Assembly (NCBI GenBank): GCA_018659585.1
Contig: JABJMC010000022.1
Coordinates: forward strand, 9,104-73,103
From: Candidatus Peregrinibacteria bacterium
Lineage (GTDB): Bacteria; Patescibacteriota; Gracilibacteria; UBA1369; UBA12473
DNA length: 64,000 nucleotides
Direction of reading: 5' to 3'
Positions 36,019 to 44,100 of this stretch are shown here, piece by piece. Positions within the stretch are counted from its first letter, which is position 1. Each line of letters begins with the position of its first letter. The notes under the pieces were generated by a model. That model was not told the DNA's origin and ran no database searches. It was given only the letters and a program-made list of their open reading frames with translations. Both the position numbers and the translations under genes were made by a program.

Positions 36019-36438
36019 ATGCTTTTACCTAAAAAGATGAAATATCGGAAAACTTTCCGCCGACGAGGACAGTTCGGTGGCAAGACTAAAGGAAATGATC
36101 GCGTATGCTTTGGATCCTATGGATTAAAAGCAATGACCATGAGCGAAGTTACTTCTCGTCAAATCGAGGCCGCTCGTCGTTCTATGACTCGTTACATTAA
36201 ACGTGGTGGAAAAATATGGATTCGCATATTCCCACACACTCCCGTTACTAGAAAAGGAGCCGAGGTTCCTATGGGATCTGGGAAAGGGACTGTTGATCAC
36301 TACGCTTTCCGTGTAAAACCCGGCATGATTCTCTTTGAACTTGACGGTGTTCCTGAACCAGTTGCCCGTGAAGCCATGCGTTTAGCTGGCCACAAACTTC
36401 CTGTTAAAACGAAATTTGTTACTCAAGAAACTATCTAA
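36019..36438 (+). CDS. rplP: 50S ribosomal protein L16
   Basis: [14 protein letters not shown]...[25 protein letters not shown]. Confidence 0.96.
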   Translation: MLLPKKMKYRKTFRRRGQFGGKTKGNDRVCFGSYGLKAMTMSEVTSRQIEAARRSMTRYIKRGGKIWIRIFPHTPVTRKGAEVPMGSGKGTVDHYAFRVKPGMILFELDGVPEPVAREAMRLAGHKLPVKTKFVTQETI

Positions 36439-36440
36439 TT

Positions 36441-36650
36441 ATGCTTCCTCTAGCTGACCTCAAAAAACTCAACTTAAAAGACCTCGGGGCTGAACTTAAA
36501 AAAGCTCGTCGAGAATGGCTTTCTACCAAACTTTCAGTCCAAATGAATCAAGATAAGAAATCTCATGTCATTACCCAAAACAAGCGTTATGTCGCTCAAA
36601 TTCTAACTACAATGAATGCTCTACAAAAAGAGCAACCTCAAGAAAAATAA
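36441..36650 (+). CDS. rpmC: 50S ribosomal protein L29
   Basis: 69 aa, lying between rplP and rpsQ, with DLKKLNLKDLGAELKKARRE. Confidence 0.9.
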   Translation: MLPLADLKKLNLKDLGAELKKARREWLSTKLSVQMNQDKKSHVITQNKRYVAQILTTMNALQKEQPQEK

Positions 36651-36661
36651 CCTTTTAAATC

Positions 36662-36901
36662 ATGCGTAGCAAAACCGGATTCGTAGTAACAGCTAAAGAC
36701 AAAACCATTGTGGTTCGTGTTGATAGCTATCGAACTCATGCCAAATACAAAAAACGTTACCGTGTATCTAATAAGTTCCACGCACACGACCCAGAAAACA
36801 CTCACAAAATTGGTGATAAAGTCACTATTTATGAATCTCGTCCTCTTTCTAAGTTAAAAAGATGGACCATCGTTAAGCCTTCTAATGAACCAACCCAATA
36901 A
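36662..36901 (+). CDS. rpsQ: 30S ribosomal protein S17
   Basis: GFVVTAKDKTIVVRVDSYRTHAKYKKRYRVSNKFHAHD. Confidence 0.93.
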   Translation: MRSKTGFVVTAKDKTIVVRVDSYRTHAKYKKRYRVSNKFHAHDPENTHKIGDKVTIYESRPLSKLKRWTIVKPSNEPTQ

Positions 36902-36904
36902 ACC

Positions 36905-37273
36905 ATGATTCAGACGCAAACACGCCTAAAAGTCGCTGACAACACCGGAGCCAAAGAGGTTATGTGTATCAAAGTCCTCGGTGGATCCAAACGTCGCTAT
37001 GCTCGTATCGGAGACCTCATCGTTGTCTCTGTAAAAGAAGCTTCACCTAACGGAATTGTTAAGAAAAAATCCGTAGAACGAGCTGTTGTTGTCCGTCAAC
37101 GAAAAGCAATGCAAAGAAAAGATGGCTCAAGTGTTCGTTTCGATGACAATGCCGTTGTAATTGTAAGTAAAGAGAATCAACCAAAAGGAACCCGTGTTTT
37201 TGGTCCAGTAGCTCGTGAGCTCCGTGACAAAGGATTCCAAAAAATTATTTCTTTAGCCCCTGACGTAATCTAA
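36905..37273 (+). CDS. rplN: 50S ribosomal protein L14
   Basis: [35 protein letters not shown]. Confidence 0.97.
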   Translation: MIQTQTRLKVADNTGAKEVMCIKVLGGSKRRYARIGDLIVVSVKEASPNGIVKKKSVERAVVVRQRKAMQRKDGSSVRFDDNAVVIVSKENQPKGTRVFGPVARELRDKGFQKIISLAPDVI

Positions 37274-37274
37274 C

Positions 37275-37610
37275 ATGAAAGTTAAAACTGGAGATAAAAT
37301 ATTGGTAACAGCTGGAAAAAATCGCAATGCGACTGGTAAAGTCATGCGCACCTTTCAAAAAACTAAAAAAATTGTGGTTGAAAAAGTAAACATGCAAAAA
37401 AAGCACATCAAAAAAACTACTTCCCGAGCCGGAGAAATCATTACCTACGAAGCACCTATTCATGTCTCGAACGTAAAAGTACTTTGCCCACAATGCACTA
37501 AACCAACTCGTGTTGGTTACACCATTCTCAAGAATAAGAAAAAACAACGCATTTGTAAAAAATGCCAAGAATCTCTTGATAAAGCTCCTACCACTAGTAA
37601 AAAATCGTAA
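37275..37610 (+). CDS. rplX: 50S ribosomal protein L24, C-terminal part carries a CxxC...CxxC motif
   Basis: MKVKTGDKILVTAGKNRNATGKV (KOW motif), EAPIHVSNV, then CPQCTKPTRVGY...RICKKCQESL. Confidence 0.93.
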   Translation: MKVKTGDKILVTAGKNRNATGKVMRTFQKTKKIVVEKVNMQKKHIKKTTSRAGEIITYEAPIHVSNVKVLCPQCTKPTRVGYTILKNKKKQRICKKCQESLDKAPTTSKKS

Positions 37611-37616
37611 ATAATT

Positions 37617-38165
37617 ATGAAAACACTTTATAAAAAAGTTCTCCCAAATCTAAAGACTGATCTTGGGATCAAAAACGACCATGCCACTCCACAAATTACC
37701 AAAGTAAACATTAACGTGGGAATTGGTAGCTATGTTCGCCGAGGCGACAAAAATTACGATCAAGTAATCGAAAACATCTCTGCTTTAACTGGTCAAAAAC
37801 CCGTTGTTACAAAATCTCGCTTAGCTGTTTCTAACTTTAAATTAAGAGAAGGAGACCCGGTTGGTGTAGTTGTAACCCTACGCGGAAAAAGAATGTATGA
37901 ATTTTTAACTCGCTTAGTAGGTGTTGCTCTCCCTCGTATTAGAGACTTCCGTGGAATTTCTGCTAATGGCTTTGATGGCCACGGGAATTACACTCTTGGA
38001 ATCAAAGAAGTTACTGTTTTCCCAGAAGTGAATCCCGATAATGTCACTCGTAATCACGGATTACAAATTACTATTAGCACTACTGCTAAAGACAATGTTT
38101 CCGCTTACAAATTATTAAAAAATCTTGGGTTCCCTTTTAAGAATCAACCTAAAGAAAGTCAATAA
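37617..38165 (+). CDS. rplE: 50S ribosomal protein L5
   Basis: [13 protein letters not shown]...[25 protein letters not shown]. Confidence 0.95.
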   Translation: MKTLYKKVLPNLKTDLGIKNDHATPQITKVNINVGIGSYVRRGDKNYDQVIENISALTGQKPVVTKSRLAVSNFKLREGDPVGVVVTLRGKRMYEFLTRLVGVALPRIRDFRGISANGFDGHGNYTLGIKEVTVFPEVNPDNVTRNHGLQITISTTAKDNVSAYKLLKNLGFPFKNQPKESQ

Positions 38166-38176
38166 CCTTATCTTTT

Positions 38177-38401
38177 ATGGCTCGCAAAGCCCTCGTCGTC
38201 AAATGTGCTAGAAAGCAAAAGCAACACTTAAATGCTTTAAAAGCTGGAAAAAAACCTAAGCACCCTACGAGAATTTATAATCGCTGTGGTAACTGTGGAA
38301 GAATCGGCAGTTACATGAGACGCTTTGGCCTCTGCCGCATTTGCTTCCGCAAATTAGCTAGCAACGGCCTAGTAATGGGCGTTAGAAAATCCTCTTGGTA
38401 A
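38177..38401 (+). CDS. rpsN: 30S ribosomal protein S14, zinc-binding (type Z-like) form
   Basis: It lies between rplE and rpsH and carries RCGNCGR...[12 protein letters not shown]...G..KSSW. Confidence 0.92.
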   Translation: MARKALVVKCARKQKQHLNALKAGKKPKHPTRIYNRCGNCGRIGSYMRRFGLCRICFRKLASNGLVMGVRKSSW

Positions 38402-38424
38402 TAATCAACTCTAATTAATACAAC

Positions 38425-38808
38425 ATGAACACCGATCCCATCGCTGACATGCTCACTCGTCTAAGAAATGCTGACGCTGCTGGTCACAAAGAAGTACGCA
38501 TGCCTTACTCCAAAATGAAGCACAATATGCTTCAAGTAATGGTTAAAAATGAATATTTAGACGAAGTAAACATCGACACTTCCGGAAAATTTCAAGAAAT
38601 TCACGTAGTTCTTAAAAAACGTCCTCACCCATTAAATATCAAACGTGTATCTAAGCCTGGTCAACGAATTTATGTAAAAGCCAAAGAAGTCCCTACTGTT
38701 TTAAATGGCCTAGGGATGGCTATTCTTTCTACGCCTCAAGGAATTATCAGCAACAAAACCGCTAAAAGAAGTAAAGTCGGAGGCGAATTACTTTGCGAAA
38801 TCTATTAA
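38425..38808 (+). CDS. rpsH: 30S ribosomal protein S8
   Basis: DPIADMLTRLRNA...GMAILSTPQGIISNKTAKRSKVGGELLCEIY. Confidence 0.96.
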   Translation: MNTDPIADMLTRLRNADAAGHKEVRMPYSKMKHNMLQVMVKNEYLDEVNIDTSGKFQEIHVVLKKRPHPLNIKRVSKPGQRIYVKAKEVPTVLNGLGMAILSTPQGIISNKTAKRSKVGGELLCEIY

Positions 38809-38819
38809 CCTTAAATTTA

Positions 38820-39371
38820 ATGTCTCGAGTCGGAAAACAACCTATTACTCTGCCAAGTGGCGTCACTGCTACTTATGAAAACGGCATCCTTACTATCAAG
38901 GGCTCTAAAGGAGAACTCCAAATGTCTCCAAACCCTGAAATGAAGATCATTATTGAAGAATCAATAATTACTGTTAAAAGGCCAGGTGATAGTCGTGAAC
39001 ACAAAAGTCTACACGGACTAACCCGCAGCCTAATATCTAACATGGCCACTGGTGTTTCCGAAGGATTCATCAAAAAACTAGAGGTTAATGGTGTGGGATA
39101 TCGCTTTCAAATTCAAGGCAAAAAACTTAATTTAAGTTTAGGATATTCTCATCCAATTGAATACGAAATCCCTGAAGGAATCGAGCTCAAAACTGATGAA
39201 GAAAAGAAAAACATTCTTATTGTTTCTGGTATTGATAAACAACTTGTCGGACAAACTGCCGCTGAGATTCGCAGCTTCCGTAAACCTGAACCTTACAAAG
39301 GGAAAGGAGTTAAATACTTAGACGAACATATTCACCGTAAGGCCGGTAAGACTGCCGCTAAAACTGCTTAA
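38820..39371 (+). CDS. rplF: 50S ribosomal protein L6
   Basis: MSRVGKQPITLPSGV... The ATG at 38820 is preferred to the track start at 38793, which overlaps rpsH. Confidence 0.94.
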   Translation: MSRVGKQPITLPSGVTATYENGILTIKGSKGELQMSPNPEMKIIIEESIITVKRPGDSREHKSLHGLTRSLISNMATGVSEGFIKKLEVNGVGYRFQIQGKKLNLSLGYSHPIEYEIPEGIELKTDEEKKNILIVSGIDKQLVGQTAAEIRSFRKPEPYKGKGVKYLDEHIHRKAGKTAAKTA

Positions 39372-39384
39372 TAACTATTAAATC

Positions 39385-39726
39385 ATGCAACGCAAAGAAA
39401 TTCTCCGAAAAAGACGTCACCAAAAAATCCGCGCCAAATTAAGTGGCACTGCGGAAAGGCCTCGCTTGGTGGTTAATCGTAGCCTACGATCCACTTACGC
39501 TTCCCTGGTTGATGACGTTACTGGAAAAACCTTAATTACTGTCTCTGATCTTAAAAATACAAAAGGTTCTAAAATTGAACGTGCTAAAGCTGTTGGCGAA
39601 GAACTCGCCAAAAAAGCACTAGAAATGAAAATTAGTACCTGTGTGTTTGATAGAAATGGCTACAAATATCACGGACGCGTTCAAGCAATTGCTGACAGCG
39701 CTCGAGAAACTGGACTTAAGTTCTAA
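39385..39726 (+). CDS. rplR: 50S ribosomal protein L18
   Basis: RRHQKIRAKLSGTAERPRLVVNRS...FDRNGYKYHGRVQAIADSARE.GL.F. Confidence 0.95.
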   Translation: MQRKEILRKRRHQKIRAKLSGTAERPRLVVNRSLRSTYASLVDDVTGKTLITVSDLKNTKGSKIERAKAVGEELAKKALEMKISTCVFDRNGYKYHGRVQAIADSARETGLKF

Positions 39727-39741
39727 ACTAACTAACCTACT

Positions 39742-40338
39742 ATGGCAAAACCTCAAAGACGCAATCGCGGGCCACGGAAACAAGAGCCCAAAGAATATGA
39801 TGAAGAAGTTATTCAACTTGATCGTGTAACTCGTGTTGTTAAAGGTGGACGAAGATTACGTTTCCGCGCCACTGTTGCTATTGGAAATCGAAAAGGAAAA
39901 GTTGGCGTCGGTGTTGCTAAGTCTAATGAAGTGGTTGGAGCTATTAAAAAAGCTGTTACCAAGGCGAAACAAAATCTTATTATCGTTCCAATTACCAAAG
40001 ACGACACTATCCCCCACCGGATTCAAAGCAAATTCAAAGCTTCAAAAATCCTACTTATTCCCGCTGGTCCTGGTACCGGAATTATTGCTGGAGGTGCCAC
40101 TCGTCGTATTATTGAACTTTCTGGTGTTAAAAACATTTTAAGTAAAACACTTGGTTCTCCTAATAAACTCAATAACTCCAAGGCTACTATCGAAGCTCTA
40201 AAAGCTCTTCGAGCCAGACCTGAAAATGAATTCAAAAAAGAAGACGAGAAAAAACCTGAAGCTAAAACTGAAGCACCTCCTGCTAAAAAGCCAGCATCAA
40301 AACCACCAATGCCACCAAAGCCGGCTCCTAAAAAATAA
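39742..40338 (+). CDS. rpsE: 30S ribosomal protein S5 with a K/P/A-rich C-terminal extension
   Basis: VTRVVKGGRRLRFRATVAIGNRKGKVGVGVAKSNEV. The tail is KKPEAKTEAPPAKKPASKPPMPPKPAPKK. Confidence 0.95.
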   Translation: MAKPQRRNRGPRKQEPKEYDEEVIQLDRVTRVVKGGRRLRFRATVAIGNRKGKVGVGVAKSNEVVGAIKKAVTKAKQNLIIVPITKDDTIPHRIQSKFKASKILLIPAGPGTGIIAGGATRRIIELSGVKNILSKTLGSPNKLNNSKATIEALKALRARPENEFKKEDEKKPEAKTEAPPAKKPASKPPMPPKPAPKK

Positions 40339-40356
40339 TCTTACAACTAATTAATC

Positions 40357-40821
40357 ATGAAACTTCACGAACTCAAACCAGCTCCGAAAAGCCGAAAAGC
40401 AAAAAAACGCGTTGGCCGTGGTAATGGTTCTGGACTCGGAACTTACTGTGGAAAAGGCATGAATGGTCAAACTGCTCGAGCTGGAGGACGTCGTCGTCCA
40501 GGTTTCGAAGGAGGGCAAACTCCTCTATACATGAGAATGCCTAAGTTAGGTGGTTTCAAAAATCCTTGCCGTAAAGAATATTTACCAGTAAATGTTAGTG
40601 TTCTAAACGATAATTTCAAAGCTAACGAAACCGTATCTCTTGAAACTCTAGCTGCTAAACGTATTATTCGTTCTACCAAAAGACCAGTGAAAATTTTGGG
40701 AGTTGGAGAACTTAAAATTGCCTTAACTATTCAAGTAGACAAGGTATCTAAAACAGCTGCCGAAAAAATCACCAAAGCTGGTGGTAAAATTGAGCAACCT
40801 GGCTCAAAAGCTGAAGCTTAA
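40357..40821 (+). CDS. rplO: 50S ribosomal protein L15
   Basis: MKLHELKPAPKSRK.KKRVGRG.GSG.G...GKG.NGQ.AR.G. It directly follows rpsE, so there is no rpmD. Confidence 0.95.
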   Translation: MKLHELKPAPKSRKAKKRVGRGNGSGLGTYCGKGMNGQTARAGGRRRPGFEGGQTPLYMRMPKLGGFKNPCRKEYLPVNVSVLNDNFKANETVSLETLAAKRIIRSTKRPVKILGVGELKIALTIQVDKVSKTAAEKITKAGGKIEQPGSKAEA

Positions 40822-40832
40822 ACCCTCCTCTT

Positions 40833-42131
40833 ATGTTCAAATATATCGCCCAAATTTGGCACTCAAAAGATCTACGTAAAAAAATTCTTTTTACGCTCTT
40901 TATCTTAACTGTTTTCCGTTTACTTACTCATATTACGATTCCGGGAGTTGACTTAGATGCCCTACAAACTGTTTTTGAAAAAAATAAATTATTAGGAGCT
41001 TTTAGTTTACTAACTGGTGGAAGTGCCGAGAATTTCTCCATTGTTTTAATGGGTCTTTCTCCTTACATTAATGCTTCTATCATTATGCAACTTATGACGG
41101 TAATTTCACCAAGATTAGAAGCTATGTCCAAAGAAGGAGCTGATGGACGTCAAAAGATTAATCAAATCACGAGATGGCTTACCTTCCCGATTGCTTTCTT
41201 GCAATCATACGGAATGATCAGTTTGATCAATGCTTCCGCTCCAGTGCCAATTATTCAAGACATTGCTGACCCAAGTGTTATTCTTCCTATTATGATTACT
41301 GTTTCTGCGGGAACAGTTCTTCTGATGTGGCTTGGAGAATTAATCACGGAAAAAGGAATTGGAAATGGTATTTCTCTCCTTATTTTTGGAGGAATTATGG
41401 CCGGAGTTCCATCTATTCTCGGCTCTACTATGGCCTTGGCTGAACAAGACATCCAAAAACTTATTCCTTTTGTAGGAATGGTTCTACTTACTATTTTCTT
41501 TATAATTGTTGTTATTCTGGTGACCGAAGGACAGCGGCGAATCCCTATTACCTATGCTGGGCGGGGTAGATCAAATCGAGGCGAACAAGCTATGCTTCCT
41601 ATGCGTGTTAACCAAGCTGGAATGATTCCTATCATCTTTGCGGTTTCCATGGTCACATTCCCATCTGTTATGGGACAATTCCTGGTCAACGCTGAATCTG
41701 CTTGGCTACAAGCTATTGGTGATTTCTTTATCACTTATTTCCAAAGCCAAAGTGCGCTTTATTTAGTTTTCTTCTTCCTTTTAATTATTGGATTTACCTA
41801 CTTCTACGTATCTATTACTTTCAATCCCGAAAACGTGGCCGAAAGTATTCAAAAACGAGGTGGATTTATTCCTGGAATTAGACCTGGAAAAGAAACTGCT
41901 GAATATATTGCTAAAACATCCAGTTACTTAAACTTATGGGGAGGTGTTTTCTTAGCTTCTATTGCTATTGCGCCCATGCTTATTCAACAAGTAATGCAAG
42001 GGACTACTACCGGAAGCATTCCTCTTATCGTTAGTGGAGCTGGATTAATTATCGTGGTTGGGGTGGTACTTGACCTTATTCGTCAAGTAAATGCGCAGCT
42101 ACTTTCTCACCACTACGATCGATTTAATTAA
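40833..42131 (+). CDS. secY: Preprotein translocase subunit SecY
   Basis: It has about 10 TM segments. It carries LGAFSLLTGGSAENFSIVLMGLSPYINASIIMQLM, LGELITEKGIGNGISLLIF and QKRGGFIPGIRPGKETAEYI. Confidence 0.96.
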   Translation: MFKYIAQIWHSKDLRKKILFTLFILTVFRLLTHITIPGVDLDALQTVFEKNKLLGAFSLLTGGSAENFSIVLMGLSPYINASIIMQLMTVISPRLEAMSKEGADGRQKINQITRWLTFPIAFLQSYGMISLINASAPVPIIQDIADPSVILPIMITVSAGTVLLMWLGELITEKGIGNGISLLIFGGIMAGVPSILGSTMALAEQDIQKLIPFVGMVLLTIFFIIVVILVTEGQRRIPITYAGRGRSNRGEQAMLPMRVNQAGMIPIIFAVSMVTFPSVMGQFLVNAESAWLQAIGDFFITYFQSQSALYLVFFFLLIIGFTYFYVSITFNPENVAESIQKRGGFIPGIRPGKETAEYIAKTSSYLNLWGGVFLASIAIAPMLIQQVMQGTTTGSIPLIVSGAGLIIVVGVVLDLIRQVNAQLLSHHYDRFN

Positions 42132-42153
42132 AAAATCATTAAACAAATTCCCT

Positions 42154-42804
42154 ATGGATCTCGTCCTTTTTGGCCGCCAGGGTTCTGGTAAAGGCACGCA
42201 AGGAAAGTTTTTTACTGAACGTTACGGGCTTACACCTTTTGTAACTGGTGATGAACTACGCAAACTCGCCGCTCTAGACTCCGAATTAGGCCGGAAAATT
42301 AAATCCATTATCGAAGCTGGACACTTAGTCCCTAACGAGGTGGTGATGGAGATTATTGAAAACTTCATGAATAATTTAGAAGAAGGAAAATCTGTTTTAT
42401 TTGATGGGATTCCTCGAAAAATGGAACAAGCAGAAAGCTTTAATGCTTTAATGAAAAAACTTAATCGTGAATTTAGCGGTGTACTAATTGAAATTGGTGA
42501 AAAGACTGCTATTTTCCGTCTTACTTCTCGTCGGATGTGTGCTAAATGTAAGGCTATTTACCCAGCCAAATACGACAAAGAATCCTGCGAAGAATGTGGT
42601 GGTGAACTAGAAACCCGCCAAGACGACGCTAACATGGATGCTATTCGGACTCGCTTGGATGCTTATGAAAACGAAACTGTTCCAGCCATTAATATGTACC
42701 GCGAAATGGATAAAATTATTGAAATTAATGGTGAACAAGACATTGAAGTTGTAAACCAAGATGCTTTTGCTGTTCTTGATCCTTTATTTGGAGTTTCTAA
42801 CTAA
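42154..42804 (+). CDS. adk: Adenylate kinase with a Cys4 zinc lid
   Basis: MDLVLFGRQGSGKGTQ (P-loop). The lid is CAKCKAIY...CEECGGEL. The ATG at 42154 is preferred to the track start at 42091, which overlaps secY. Confidence 0.93.
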   Translation: MDLVLFGRQGSGKGTQGKFFTERYGLTPFVTGDELRKLAALDSELGRKIKSIIEAGHLVPNEVVMEIIENFMNNLEEGKSVLFDGIPRKMEQAESFNALMKKLNREFSGVLIEIGEKTAIFRLTSRRMCAKCKAIYPAKYDKESCEECGGELETRQDDANMDAIRTRLDAYENETVPAINMYREMDKIIEINGEQDIEVVNQDAFAVLDPLFGVSN

Positions 42805-42809
42805 CTTTT

Positions 42810-43568
42810 ATGGGAGCTCTTACCTTAAAAACACCAGCCGAAATCGAATCCATGCGTCAGGGAGGTAAAATTTTGGGATCAATCTTACGCGAACTTGGAA
42901 CCCTAGTTGAACCTGGTGCTACTCCACTTGATGTTGAATACCGAGCCGCTGAATTATTTGAAAAATACCAAGTAACACCTGGTTTTAGCGGTTATAAAGG
43001 TTATCCAAATATTTGTTGTATTGCGGCTAATGATCATTTAGTACACGCCATTCCCACGGACAAACCTTTCCAAAAAGGCGATCTAGTAAAAATCGACTGT
43101 GGGTGCATTTTGGATGATCTTTATACTGATGCAGCCATTAGTGTTGTGGCTGGCGGCGAAGAAGCCGCTTCGGCTACAACCCGCAACCTAAGCGCCGCCA
43201 CCAAAAAAGCTCTTAACCTCGCCATCCGCCTGGTCAAACCCGGCACAAAAGTCGGTGATTTAAGTCATATTATTCAAAAAACAGTCGAAAACGCTGGCTT
43301 TTCAGTTGTTCACGAACTTACGGGGCACGGTGTGGGTTATTCCCTCCACGAAGAACCAACCATTCTCAATTACGGCAAAAAAGGCACTGGCATTGCTCTT
43401 AAACCTGGTATGACCTTTGCGATTGAACCAATTGTGACCGCTGGTGAACGATTTATCCAAACCTTAGATGACCGCTGGACCATTGCCACCCGCGACGGAT
43501 CCTGGGGTTGCCAGTGGGAACACACTGTTCTGGTAACAGAGAATGGACATGAAATTTTGACGGCTTAA
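42810..43568 (+). CDS. map: Methionine aminopeptidase, type I
   Basis: VHAIP, DCGCILDDLYTDAA, HGVGYSLHEEP and WEHTVLVTENG, which contain the metal ligands. Confidence 0.95.
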   Translation: MGALTLKTPAEIESMRQGGKILGSILRELGTLVEPGATPLDVEYRAAELFEKYQVTPGFSGYKGYPNICCIAANDHLVHAIPTDKPFQKGDLVKIDCGCILDDLYTDAAISVVAGGEEAASATTRNLSAATKKALNLAIRLVKPGTKVGDLSHIIQKTVENAGFSVVHELTGHGVGYSLHEEPTILNYGKKGTGIALKPGMTFAIEPIVTAGERFIQTLDDRWTIATRDGSWGCQWEHTVLVTENGHEILTA

Positions 43569-43611
43569 AAGGCTACAAACTACTCAATTTACCAATTCAC
43601 TTTATAAGGGG

Positions 43612-43639
43612 TTGACTTTTTCGCTATTTAACGTAAAAT
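43612..43639 (+). promoter_or_regulatory. Sigma70-like promoter candidate: TTGACT-N16-TAAAAT, upstream of the GC3-rich small ORF
   Basis: -35 at 43612-43617 and -10 at 43634-43639. Confidence 0.4.
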
Positions 43640-43697
43640 AATACTCCTTTGGCTCCTAACCAGGAACCATTCCCAAAGTGGAGAATGAGTTACCTGG

Positions 43698-44015
43698 TTG
43701 GTCCCAGGTCGCTTTGTTCCTTCACACTACAACGAGAATACAGTGCCTATTGTATTGCTCCTTCTCGGCTGGTGGCTTCTCAAACCCTACGACATGATCT
43801 ACCTGAAGATGATCATCTTGTTCGTATTCATCGGCAAATGCGGCGTCTTCGCCTACTACCTGGACCACTACAAGAGCCGCCGCTGGCTGGTCATGCCCGT
43901 GATCATCATGCAAACCATCTGCTTCGGGGTCCACGTGTGGGCGCCCCTCGCAGCCATCAACGGCTACTTCCTCACGGAGGTCCTGCCGGAGATCGTCCAG
44001 TGGCTAGTGCGCTAA
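43698..44015 (+). CDS. Small 3-TM membrane protein, function unknown, with extreme GC3 codon bias
   Basis: This frame gives hydrophobic helices (IVLLLLGWWLL, IILFVFIGKCGVFAYY, VMPVIIMQTICFGVHVWAPLAAI). By my count, 68 of 73 codons from the ATG at 43794 to the stop end in G or C. The start is uncertain: TTG at 43698 or ATG at 43794. The two overlapping R/H/P-rich ORFs in other frames look like shadow ORFs. Confidence 0.5.
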   Translation: MVPGRFVPSHYNENTVPIVLLLLGWWLLKPYDMIYLKMIILFVFIGKCGVFAYYLDHYKSRRWLVMPVIIMQTICFGVHVWAPLAAINGYFLTEVLPEIVQWLVR

Positions 44016-44042
44016 AAACGCTGAAAGAACAAAGCGATTCAC

Positions 44043-44065
44043 GCTCCCCGACACCGTCGGGGGGC
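44043..44065 (+). terminator. GC-rich hairpin after the GC3-rich ORF
   Basis: GCTCCCCGAC-ACC-GTCGGGGGGC gives a 10-bp stem with one G:T. A T-rich tract (TTATTTAGTTTTTT) follows after 4 nt. Confidence 0.45.
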
Positions 44066-44100
44066 TTCGCTTATTTAGTTTTTTATAGTAAAGTACTCGC

